This document shows positions 8,943 through 17,592 of a stretch of DNA of 64,000 nt, one piece after another. The translations under genes and the position numbers were made by a program. The stretch spans positions 2,432,001 to 2,496,000 of the forward strand of contig CAWBKB010000001.1 in assembly GCA_963789265.1 (NCBI GenBank). Reading direction: 5' to 3'. The notes under the pieces are model-generated. The model did no database searches. It was given only the letters and a program-made list of their open reading frames with translations, and had not been told where the DNA came from. Each line of letters opens with the position of its first letter. The stretch's first letter is position 1. The DNA comes from an uncultured delta proteobacterium (GTDB taxonomy: Bacteria; Desulfobacterota; Desulfomonilia; Desulfomonilales; Desulfomonilaceae).

Positions 8943-11900
8943 TTGTTGTCCGCCGATGTTTTTTTGGTGACTTCGTTTATGAGCAGAGGAACTACTGACG
9001 CAGCCCCGATTACCAACCCGTCAAAAAGTGTTATCGGGGTTGTGCCCAGCAGTGTTCTCAGCCCGGGAACAAGCTGAGAAGCCAGTTGCAGCCCGAGTGA
9101 GCCAACGACCGCCACATTAAGATATTTATTCGGCGCGGATTTCCGGCGATCGAAGATGGTGCGCGTCTCTGAACGACAACTCACGGCGTGCAGGATCTGA
9201 GACGTGGTAAGGCTTTGAAATGCCAACGTACCCGCGGCCGGGCCCATGCCGTATTTCATAACACCGTATCCGTACGCGGCAAGCGAAGTCGCGGTCATCG
9301 TCGCAGCCTCGAAGCCAATTCTCTTGAAGTCGTTTGTCTTCACAATAGGCGCGGTGGAATCCCGCGGCGGGTGACTCATTACGTCAGGTTCCGCAGGTTC
9401 CAAAGCCAAGGCAAGTCCCGGGAATATGTCCGATACAAGGTTGATCCAGAGCAGTTGCATGGCATTAAGAGGGTATCCCAGTCCTAGAGCGCCTGCGACA
9501 AACATTACTTGGATTTCGCTGAAGTTGGTGGCAAGAAGATATCGGAGCGTCTTTCTGATATTATTGTAAATTGTTCGCCCATCACTTATCGCGATGATCA
9601 AGGTCTCCAGGTCGTCTTCTTCAAGCACCACATCAGCCACGTCTCGAGCCACATCAGTTCCAGCCCGCCCCATTGCTATACCAATGTCCGCGGCCTTGAG
9701 TGCAGGCCCGTCGTTAATGCCGTCGCCGGTCATGGCCACCACCTTGCCGGAACTCTGAAGGGCCTGAACAATCTGGAGCTTATTCGACGGGCTGACCCTG
9801 GAAAAGACGTGGACCTCCTTGCTCAGAGCTTTTAATACCGCAGGCTCGGTGGTTGTCAGGTGTGTCGAATCCAGGATTTCCAGCGGCCTGCCGTTGCTGA
9901 GCCCCAATTCCTTTCCCACAGCATACGCGGTCGGGCTCTGGTCTCCGGTGACCATCACAGTTTCCAGCCCCGCTTCATGAAACACCACTATGGATTCTTT
10001 GACTCGATTCCGGATAGGGTCGGCCATGCCGACCAGGCCCAACCAAGTGAAGCCATTCTCTGTCTCCGAGTGCTCATCGGAATTCCGGACGGCGAACGCG
10101 ACCCCCAGCACCCGCAATGCATTGCCGGCCATATTGTCATTTTCGGCTTCGACAATGTCTCTGTCCTTATCGGTAAGCGCGATGGCAGCCCCATTCCGGA
10201 TCTGATATTTGCACTTGGCGAGGACTTCTACGGGATTCCCCTTCAAAGCCACCAATACTTCCTTATCCGCGTATACGTGTTCAGTAACCATGAATTGGCG
10301 ATCATCGGACCGATACTGAATATTCAACACCGGATGTTGATCCCTTAGTGCCCGAACGTCAATGCCGCCGTTAATCGCCATGTAGATCAGAGCGTTTTCG
10401 GTTGGGGAGCCATTCAAAACGTACTGCCGATCTCTGAACTCGATTTGAGTCTCATTGCAGAGCACGCATATATGAATGAGTTTCAAGACCTCGTCGGACT
10501 GGGAGGGGTCAAATAGCTTTTCGCGGCTATAGAAGCTATTTTCACTTATCCGTATCTTCTCCATCCCGGAATAAATCGTCAGCACGGTCATTCGGTTATG
10601 GGTAATTGTGCCGGTTTTATCGAAACATATCGTCTGGACCGAGCCTAGCGTACAGATTGCATCGAGATTCCTTATGAGGACTTTGTGCTTCCTCATATTA
10701 TTGATCCCAAGCGCAAGCGTGGTCGTCGCAACAGCCGGCAGTCCTTCGGGAACTGCCGCGACGGCAAGAGAGATGGCTGTCTTGAGCATCTGAAGAAAGC
10801 CGTTCCCCCTGATGAGCCCCATAAAGAAAACTAACCCGCAGACGGCCCCGGAGATCAATACCAGTTGGTTGCCGATCTTCGTCAACTGTCGCTCTACGGG
10901 GGTTTCCGGGGCTTCGGCTTCAGCAAGAAGACTTTGGATCTTGCCTACTTCCGAGAACATGCCGATTGCTACGACAACCGCCAACCCCTGGCCCCCGGTG
11001 ATGAGCGTGCCCGAATAAACCATGTTGGTCCGGTCCGCGAGGGGAACCTTGGGGCCCTTAAGCGGAGATGAATTCTTGGACACCGGCATGCTTTCACCGG
11101 TGAGCACCGACTCGTCCACGGTAAGACGGGTTGCCTCGATAATTCTCGCGTCCCCTGTCACATACGTCCCTGGTTTCAGCAAAAGGATATCCCCCACGAG
11201 GACCTGTTCCGCGGGGATTTCCTGCAAACTGCCTTCCCGTATTACCTGTGCGGTTGGGCGGATCAACCTCTTCAACGAGCTTATTGTCTTTTCCGCTTCA
11301 TTTTCCGTAACAAAGCCGATTGCCGCGTTAATGCCCACCACAACCACAATTATGACGGCATCCGCAAGCCCCCCAGTAACCACGGAAAGACCGGCAGCCG
11401 CAGCCAGGAGCGCGACCGGGAAAGAGTTGAATTGATCGAAGAAAATGCCCAGCTTGGAGCGAGACAGAGGCTCGGGAAGAACATTAAGGCCGTATTCGCG
11501 GCGATTTTCCTGGGAGGCTTGGGCTGACAAGCCTCGTTTTCTGGAGGATTTCAGCGATGAAAGGACGAATTTCACATTGAGCAGGTGCCAGGGTTTAGAC
11601 TTATGAGCTTTGGAGAGGCCATACTCCGGCCGATCTTTCCCGGTGCGAACAACCCTGAGATCGGTTACAACGGCGAGTGCACCGACTTCAGTAGAGCCGG
11701 GGCCGCCCTTGGCCTCGTTATCCCTGGTCTCTCGCAGATAGGCTATCACAACACTCTCCACGCTCAGGGCTATCTTGCGAGGATTACAGTCAGGATTGAA
11801 AATTACCAGCACGTTTCCGGTCAAAATGTTGGCCGAAACGCGCCTGACGTCTTCGTCCTGCGGGAGTAACATTTCCAAGCGGTATTTGAGTGACACGCAT

Positions 11901-11965
11901 CGATAGAGGCCTTCGACTTTGTATCGCACTCTGCCCGGAATATGGTTATGAACTGTTTCTAACAA
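8939..11965 (-). CDS. Type-IIA-like (Ca2+/Mn2+-class) P-type ATPase with an N-terminal HMA2-like domain
   Basis: LTGES, AVPEGLP, DKTGT, TGDGIND, TM5 ATNFSE, TM6 WINLVSD. N-terminus VHNHIPGRVRYKV...VSANILTGNVLVIFNP. Confidence 0.92.
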   Translation of the reverse strand: MLETVHNHIPGRVRYKVEGLYRCVSLKYRLEMLLPQDEDVRRVSANILTGNVLVIFNPDCNPRKIALSVESVVIAYLRETRDNEAKGGPGSTEVGALAVVTDLRVVRTGKDRPEYGLSKAHKSKPWHLLNVKFVLSSLKSSRKRGLSAQASQENRREYGLNVLPEPLSRSKLGIFFDQFNSFPVALLAAAAGLSVVTGGLADAVIIVVVVGINAAIGFVTENEAEKTISSLKRLIRPTAQVIREGSLQEIPAEQVLVGDILLLKPGTYVTGDARIIEATRLTVDESVLTGESMPVSKNSSPLKGPKVPLADRTNMVYSGTLITGGQGLAVVVAIGMFSEVGKIQSLLAEAEAPETPVERQLTKIGNQLVLISGAVCGLVFFMGLIRGNGFLQMLKTAISLAVAAVPEGLPAVATTTLALGINNMRKHKVLIRNLDAICTLGSVQTICFDKTGTITHNRMTVLTIYSGMEKIRISENSFYSREKLFDPSQSDEVLKLIHICVLCNETQIEFRDRQYVLNGSPTENALIYMAINGGIDVRALRDQHPVLNIQYRSDDRQFMVTEHVYADKEVLVALKGNPVEVLAKCKYQIRNGAAIALTDKDRDIVEAENDNMAGNALRVLGVAFAVRNSDEHSETENGFTWLGLVGMADPIRNRVKESIVVFHEAGLETVMVTGDQSPTAYAVGKELGLSNGRPLEILDSTHLTTTEPAVLKALSKEVHVFSRVSPSNKLQIVQALQSSGKVVAMTGDGINDGPALKAADIGIAMGRAGTDVARDVADVVLEEDDLETLIIAISDGRTIYNNIRKTLRYLLATNFSEIQVMFVAGALGLGYPLNAMQLLWINLVSDIFPGLALALEPAEPDVMSHPPRDSTAPIVKTNDFKRIGFEAATMTATSLAAYGYGVMKYGMGPAAGTLAFQSLTTSQILHAVSCRSETRTIFDRRKSAPNKYLNVAVVGSLGLQLASQLVPGLRTLLGTTPITLFDGLVIGAASVVPLLINEVTKKTSADNK

Positions 11966-12040
11966 CTGATTAGCCTTGTCTCGGCGGGCTCGCCCTACCT
12001 CATGAAAACGCGAGACGCCTGCTTTAGTCCTCTACTAGTT

Positions 12041-12254
12041 CTGGTTCCCAGGTTGTGCCATATAGGGGCTAACTTAACGATTTCCCCCCCTTCGTAAAGG
12101 GGGGTTAGGGGGGATGTTTGTCTAACTCCTTGAAAATCCCCCCTAATCCCTCTTTAGAAAGGAGGGACTTTGATGGCCCTTAGCCCGTTGGACCTCTTCA
12201 GAGATATCGAGATGCTCTTAAGTTAGCACCTATCAGGCAGAGCCCGGGAACGAG
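12041..12254. repeat. Nested repeat: GTTCCCAGG-family palindrome > MITE-like IR pair > CCCCCCTT/AAAGGGGGG repeats
   Basis: Outer CTGGTTCCCAGGTTGTGCC / GGCAGAGCCCGGGAACGAG; inner ATAGGGGCTAACTTAA / TTAAGTTAGCACCTAT. Confidence 0.75.
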
Positions 12255-12305
12255 AAACGCTTAAGTTAAGCTACTTAGCAATATATTGACGCCAACGCGA
12301 TGCTT

Positions 12306-12827
12306 TCAATCTCCATTTGCATCGTCCGCTTCCAATGCAAAGTCTTCCCCTTCGTCCCACTCCTCAATCTGTGCTCGCGTGAATACGCCCAACGCGTAAT
12401 AAAATGCCGTGTACCATGCAGGCATGACAATATTTCCTCGTGCAATCTGCCAGACTCCGGAAATTACCAGGCTGAGAAAAATGAGACTGGGAATATCGAC
12501 TTCGCCGCCGGTCGCATTCTTAAGATATCTATTATACACTTGAAACGTATCGGCTACATTGGTGAAAAGAGGCTTCTGTGGCCGTCCGGAGCGTCCCAAA
12601 ACAAACAGCTCGTTTTCTCTCGCAAAGTCAGCGATGGTCTTTCTTTCGCCTTCGTAGGAAATCAGGGCGCTTCCTATGTTAGGATTCACCCTGATTTCCT
12701 TTACCCCGGGGCAGCCGGAAAGCCGCTCCATCAAATTAGAAAAATATGAGACATCCCTTCTCTTAGAAGGAATCTTGATTCTTAGCCTGCGGGCCATCCG
12801 ATGAGACACATGAGCCTTCGGAATCAT
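12306..12827 (-). CDS. HMA2-like domain protein with C-terminal membrane helices (FezC-like architecture)
   Basis: HVSHRMARRLRIKIP...GVKEIRVNPNIGSALISY, then hydrophobic LIFLSLVISGVWQIARG...PAWYTAFYYALG and an acidic tail. Confidence 0.8.
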   Translation of the reverse strand: MIPKAHVSHRMARRLRIKIPSKRRDVSYFSNLMERLSGCPGVKEIRVNPNIGSALISYEGERKTIADFARENELFVLGRSGRPQKPLFTNVADTFQVYNRYLKNATGGEVDIPSLIFLSLVISGVWQIARGNIVMPAWYTAFYYALGVFTRAQIEEWDEGEDFALEADDANGD

Positions 12828-12855
12828 TTCTCCTCTCTTTGGTTCCCGTGTTCGT

Positions 12856-13122
12856 CTAAGCTCCTTTTGTCTTCGCCGGAGTCAGCTCAGCCTGCACTTC
12901 AGACTTCGCTTCGGCAGCCAGATCTTCTACTACCTCTGCGACCTCGGCAATCATTTCTCTGCATTTTTCGTAGAGCATTAAGCTGCCCTTTATGCCCGCC
13001 TTTGCAACCGGCCTTGCCGCGGTGGCTATCATCGGAATTACCACGGGGGCTACGAGTAAGCCCACCCCGATCGCGACGCCAGTCCACACACTGCCTTTAG
13101 GTGTGAAATTCCAACTGGCCAT
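12856..13122 (-). CDS. DUF5132-like small membrane protein (GxxxG helix plus amphipathic helix)
   Basis: TGVAIGVGLLVAPVVIP...RPVAKAGIKGSLMLYEK...EDLAAEAKSE; strong RBS AAGGAGG. Confidence 0.85.
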   Translation of the reverse strand: MASWNFTPKGSVWTGVAIGVGLLVAPVVIPMIATAARPVAKAGIKGSLMLYEKCREMIAEVAEVVEDLAAEAKSEVQAELTPAKTKGA

Positions 13123-13205
13123 TTGACGCCTCCTTCTTTCCGATCGTTCGGTAGGTCATCAACCTACTATAATAGCGTAAATCATTTCCCAGATTATGTC
13201 TATTT

Positions 13206-13233
13206 TGTTAGCTTATCATTAGCATTGTGTTAA
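13206..13233 (-). promoter_or_regulatory. 11-bp-periodic direct repeats upstream of the DUF5132-HMA2-ATPase-metK unit
   Basis: Minus strand TTAACA-N5-CTAATG-N5-CTAACA. Confidence 0.55.
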
Positions 13234-13364
13234 AAATGACGGCTTCGAGAAGTATTTTTAGAAATTCATTTTCCTGTACGGCCCCGGACCTGCTGAAAGT
13301 CGCTCAACCCCTTTGCTGAAGAGGAACGGCGAATCCGAAAGGGATGCAAAATTCTTCCCCCGAA

Positions 13365-13393
13365 TTTAACACCTTTTTAACATTTGTCTAATC
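13365..13393 (+). promoter_or_regulatory. Pho-box-like 11-bp-periodic direct repeats facing phoB
   Basis: TTTAACA (13365), TTTAACA (13376), TCTAATC (13387). Confidence 0.55.
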
Positions 13394-13971
13394 GTAGCTC
13401 AACAATCTTTGTTGAGAATGACTTCGCGGATTAATTCTCCCCGGCGGACAAAGGACGATTTACCGCACGGCCCCCCACAACTGTTAATCGACGGCTGAGC
13501 GGGATCGGTGTCTCTTCCGGCCACCGGGGTCTCCTCGACTCGGAGCATTTTTTCGAGAGCGGCGGCATAAGGTCCCCGCACTGCATTGCCCCTTGGCTCG
13601 CTGCCTTCGTATCCCCGGGGAAACGCATACTCGGCGCGCGAGGGAGATATTTGTTTTGTTCGCAATGACCAGGAGGAAATATAACTTGAATCTCCATACT
13701 TCTAGCCGAGATTTCGGCATTGTGCCTCTAATAGATCGCGATATTGCACTAGGGGAGTCCACGGAGATTCGACAAGTTCGTCGCTGTACAGACTTTGACG
13801 TATCGATAGAGATTCGTCTGTTGGTTAGCTTGTGATGACGGTAGGGAGGTCGGCGGGCTCGCCATCCCGTCAGCCAGTGGTGGTGAGCCCCCTCCCAATC
13901 CACTGCCGGCCTCCCAACATTTCTGGCTTTCCAAACACGTGTAATGCAAGGCAGAGAACAAGCGGGTGTGA

Positions 13972-14661
13972 ATGGCCAAAGAAAAAGTTCTAGTCGTCGA
14001 TGACGACGAAGATATCTTAGAGCTGGTAACGTACAATCTGACAAAGGAAGGGTATCACGTTTCTTCAGTTCTTTCCGGGGAACAGGCTTTAAAGAAGGCA
14101 AAGGAGGAACACCCTGACGCAATACTGCTCGACCTCATGCTGCCCGGGGTAGATGGCCTGGATGTCTGCCGGGAATTGAAGAACGATCCTGCTACCAGGT
14201 ACATACCCGTTCTGATGGTAACCGCAAAAGGAGAGGATGCCGACATAGTCAGCGGCCTGGAATTGGGTGCGGACGATTACATCACCAAACCTTTCAGCCC
14301 CCGAGTCCTTTTGGCCCGCCTGAAAACCGTTCTACGGCGGAACAAGCCTCAAGAGTCTGAAGAGCTCGCGGTCGTGAACCTGCACGGCCTCACCATCGAT
14401 CCTAACCGTCACCAGGTCCTCCTTGAGAGGATGCCCATCGTTCTCACCACCACGGAGTTCAGGATCCTTCATTTTCTGGCGCGGCGCCCCGGTCGAGTCT
14501 TCAGCCGAGACCAGATAATAAACGCGGTGAAGGGGGAGAATTATGCTGTAACGGAGCGCTCTGTCGACGTACAAATTGTTAGTCTGAGAAAGAAGCTCGG
14601 CAGGTTTGGAGACGCGATAGAGACGGTCAGAGGGGTGGGCTATAGGGTGAAAGAGGAGTAG
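13972..14661 (+). CDS. phoB: OmpR/PhoB-family response regulator (PhoB/PhoP-like)
   Basis: VVDDDED, LLDLMLPG, GADDYITKPFS and winged helix IETVRGVGY; adjacent to phoU. Confidence 0.85.
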   Translation: MAKEKVLVVDDDEDILELVTYNLTKEGYHVSSVLSGEQALKKAKEEHPDAILLDLMLPGVDGLDVCRELKNDPATRYIPVLMVTAKGEDADIVSGLELGADDYITKPFSPRVLLARLKTVLRRNKPQESEELAVVNLHGLTIDPNRHQVLLERMPIVLTTTEFRILHFLARRPGRVFSRDQIINAVKGENYAVTERSVDVQIVSLRKKLGRFGDAIETVRGVGYRVKEE

Positions 14662-14880
14662 TGTTTGTTCAGCGGATTATCGGGATTCACGGTCCTGCAA
14701 GACGCGCGATTGCCGTGAACGAATACCATGCGCGCCGTACCGGCACAGACCGGATAGTAGGATGGCCCACCGCATCGCCGGGCGGAAAGAACAGAATTCT
14801 CCGCGATCTCAACGTTCTCTGCGGTGAACTGTTGCTGAGAAGAAACGTCACTTGGCAAAACCGCGAGGAAGGAACGATGA

Positions 14881-15594
14881 ATGAGGATAAGACTGCAGAA
14901 GGACATTGACAGGTTGAAAGAGAGGATTGTTTCACTAGGGACTCTGGTGGAAGAGCACTTTCGCGTGGCGATCAAAGCCATCCAAAATCTGGATGCCCAG
15001 TTGGCCAAGACTGTCATTGATGGTGATATAGAGGTTGATCGGCTGGAGATTGATGTTGAGGAGGATTGCCTGAAGATTCTGGCCCTTCACCAGCCCGTTG
15101 CAGACCAGTTGCGGTATATAGTGGCGATACTGAAGATGAACAATGATTTGGAACGAATAGGGGATTTAGCTGTCAATATTGCCGAGCAAGCGGAAGCTAT
15201 CGCTCGCGACGAGCGACAGGTCTTAGCATTTGACTATCTGACCATGGGACAGAAGGCCGAGGAAATGCTGAAGAAGAGCCTCGATTCCCTCATAAATACC
15301 GATCTTCGCTTGGCTTACGAGGTATTGAGCCGAGACGACGACGTTGATGCCATGAAAAATGCGATCGAGGCCCAGTTCGCGCAGGAGATGTGCAAGTCCA
15401 AGGGAGATCCTGCATCCCTGATCAACTTGTTCCTGGTCTCACGTCATCTCGAACGCATAGCCGACCATGCCACCAACATTGCGGAAGACGTGATATATCT
15501 GATCACAGGCGAGATCCACAGGCACCGAGGAGCGGTGGTCATACGAGGCAGCGATAGCTGGTTTAGTAAATCGGACGAGCACGAACTGGGCTGA
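14881..15594 (+). CDS. phoU: Phosphate signalling protein PhoU
   Basis: LALHQPVADQLR, DLERIGDLAVNIAE, HLERIADHATNIAEDVIY. Confidence 0.95.
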   Translation: MRIRLQKDIDRLKERIVSLGTLVEEHFRVAIKAIQNLDAQLAKTVIDGDIEVDRLEIDVEEDCLKILALHQPVADQLRYIVAILKMNNDLERIGDLAVNIAEQAEAIARDERQVLAFDYLTMGQKAEEMLKKSLDSLINTDLRLAYEVLSRDDDVDAMKNAIEAQFAQEMCKSKGDPASLINLFLVSRHLERIADHATNIAEDVIYLITGEIHRHRGAVVIRGSDSWFSKSDEHELG

Positions 15595-15643
15595 CGAACG
15601 GGCAATAGAAACCCGGAAGCAGCGGTTCCCGAACATGATTCGC

Positions 15644-16969
15644 TCATTTCCTCGGCACTGATGCGTCGGTCGCAGACTCAATACCGGACGCGACCTCGGG
15701 TAGAATCCCCTTTGTGACGTAGGTTGGACGGGCCTTCTCTCGCAAGTGCGGAAGCCTGCGGGCAAAGACTCCGGCGCCGACCATGCACGCAACTCCCCCG
15801 ATAAGTACGGTCCACGGGGCACCAATCGCACCGGCCAGTGCGCCTGCCAGCAAACTGCCAACAGGGGCCATTCCTATAAACGCGACCGTGTAGAAGCTCA
15901 TGACCCGTCCCCGCCGGTCGTCGTCCACCATAGTCTGCAACAGTGTGTTGCTCGCTGCCAATTGGATCATCTGGCCGAAACCCACCCCGGCCACCAACGC
16001 CAACGACCAAAACATGTTGTGTGACAGGGAGAAACCCACAAGCCCAAGGCCGAATATGGCCGCGCCGGTGGGGATCATTTTGCCCAGCCCCAGAACACCT
16101 CTTCTAGAGGCCAGGTACAAAGCTCCTGCCAGAGCTCCTACTCCGGAGCCTCCCATCAAGAATCCCAGTGCATCGGGGCCTCCATGCAAGACATCTTTGG
16201 CAAAGACGGGCATGAGCACGATGTAAGGCATTCCCATCAGGCTAACCAGGGCGAGCAGCAAGATAATATCCCGAATAGGCTCGAAACCGTATACATACCG
16301 AAAACCCTCCTTTAAGTCATGCCATGCTCTCGACTTTTGTGCTCTGAAATTCTGGCGCACAATCCTCATCATAAGCAAAGAGACTATTACGGCCAAGTAG
16401 CTCAATCCATTGATAAGAAAACACATTCCTTCTCCCACAGCGGAAATGAGCAACCCGGCTATGGTCGGCCCCAAAAGGCGCGCGCAATTGACCATAGACG
16501 AATTCAAGGCAATGGCATTCCCCAAGTCGGTCTTTTCTTCAATCATCTGGATCATGAAAGATTGACGCACAGGCATGTCAAATGCACTGACAACTCCTAA
16601 GGCCAGGCTTAATGCCACAATGTGCCAGATCATTATAGTTCCGGTCAGAACAAGATAGGATAAGACGAAAGCCTGCAACATTGCGAGCACTTGCGTCCAA
16701 ATCAGCAACTGGTGGCGATTCCAACGATCGGCCAGCACACCTGCAAAGGCAGCCAAAACGAAAATGGGGATTTGTCCCGCAAATCCAACGACTCCCAAAA
16801 GAAAAGCAGAATGCGTGAGTCGATAAACCAGCCATCCCACGGCAATGCGTTGCATCCAGGTGCCGACGAGAGAAACGCCCTGTCCGACAAAGTACAGTCT
16901 GAAATTGCGATAGCGCAGTGCGCGAACAATGGGCCGAAGCGGCCGCTTGTCTTTCTGATTCATTTGCAC
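15644..16969 (-). CDS. MFS transporter (MFS_3/DUF894-like)
   Basis: RNFRLYFVGQGVSLVGTWMQ, GVLADRWNR, RGRVMS; about 12 TM helices. Confidence 0.92.
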   Translation of the reverse strand: MQMNQKDKRPLRPIVRALRYRNFRLYFVGQGVSLVGTWMQRIAVGWLVYRLTHSAFLLGVVGFAGQIPIFVLAAFAGVLADRWNRHQLLIWTQVLAMLQAFVLSYLVLTGTIMIWHIVALSLALGVVSAFDMPVRQSFMIQMIEEKTDLGNAIALNSSMVNCARLLGPTIAGLLISAVGEGMCFLINGLSYLAVIVSLLMMRIVRQNFRAQKSRAWHDLKEGFRYVYGFEPIRDIILLLALVSLMGMPYIVLMPVFAKDVLHGGPDALGFLMGGSGVGALAGALYLASRRGVLGLGKMIPTGAAIFGLGLVGFSLSHNMFWSLALVAGVGFGQMIQLAASNTLLQTMVDDDRRGRVMSFYTVAFIGMAPVGSLLAGALAGAIGAPWTVLIGGVACMVGAGVFARRLPHLREKARPTYVTKGILPEVASGIESATDASVPRK

Positions 16970-17060
16970 GGTCCCTTACAGGTAGTATATGACATATTTC
17001 CGCTGAGACAGTCGCGCGCGGGCGGGGTTGCCTGTCTTCATGCTCGCGTATTCGGGGCAA

Positions 17061-17109
17061 TGTAGAGGCGACCGGCGGTCGCCCAGGGCGAATGCCATTC
17101 GCCTCTACA
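17061..17109. repeat. GTAG-type REP doublet related to 270-341
   Basis: TGTAGAGGCGACCGGCGGTCGCCC-AGGGCGAATGCCATTCGCCTCTACA. Confidence 0.8.
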
Positions 17110-17218
17110 GGCTCTGGGCAATGGCTGCAATCAGACCTGTAATCATGCGCTGACGTGGGGCAGGCTTTCCGAAACTGTCTCAAAACTCTTGAACCGGACG
17201 CAATCGTAACACGAAATT

Positions 17219-17455
17219 CCCTCACCCTTCCCCTCTCCCAAAGGGCGAGGGGACGTTAATAGAGACCTTGGATCAGCTCTCTCTCCCTCTGGGAGAGGGT
17301 TGGGGTGAGGGCACCGAAAATGCCCACCAGGCTTAATCGTGGCGCGATTCTGGTCATCAAAATAGCTTTGAGACCCTTCCTTCCAGCCTGTGGCGCAGAC
17401 TTTCCAGTCTGCGGATTCTCGAACTGGACTTGGCGGACGGGAAAGTCCGCCCCAC
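17219..17455. repeat. CCCTCACCC...GGGTGAGGG-family pair plus a GTGGCGCAGACTTTCCAGTCTGCG-family pair
   Basis: Inverted palindromic units read directly; the second family recurs at 52001-52220. Confidence 0.75.
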
Positions 17456-17516
17456 GGCGCAATGACAGTCGTTTACCGTTCGTAACTGAATGATTCCTTA
17501 CACCAGCTCATTGTTC

Positions 17517-17590
17517 TTGACACCGCAATTTGAGAAATGGTATCACACGTACTGTTCATATATACCAAACTCCAGTTCACCATACAGAAC
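17517..17590 (+). promoter_or_regulatory. Sigma70-like promoter and two candidate IclR operator sites
   Basis: TTGACA-N18-TATCAC, followed by GTTCATATATACCAAAC and GTTC-N8-GAAC. Confidence 0.45.
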
Positions 17591-17592
17591 TC

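Noticed and set aside
13328..13356. GGCGAATCCGAAAGGGATGCAAA resembling c-di-GMP-I riboswitch P2
   Set aside because: The stem is too short and no downstream P3 with the expected receptor/CUAA-like motif is visible.
13751..13815. AGGGGAGT start suggestive of a yybP-ykoY Mn riboswitch
   Set aside because: Lacks the GGGAGUAG core continuation and the 3' GGCRAGAC motif, and is on the wrong strand for the ATPase/mntP-like genes.
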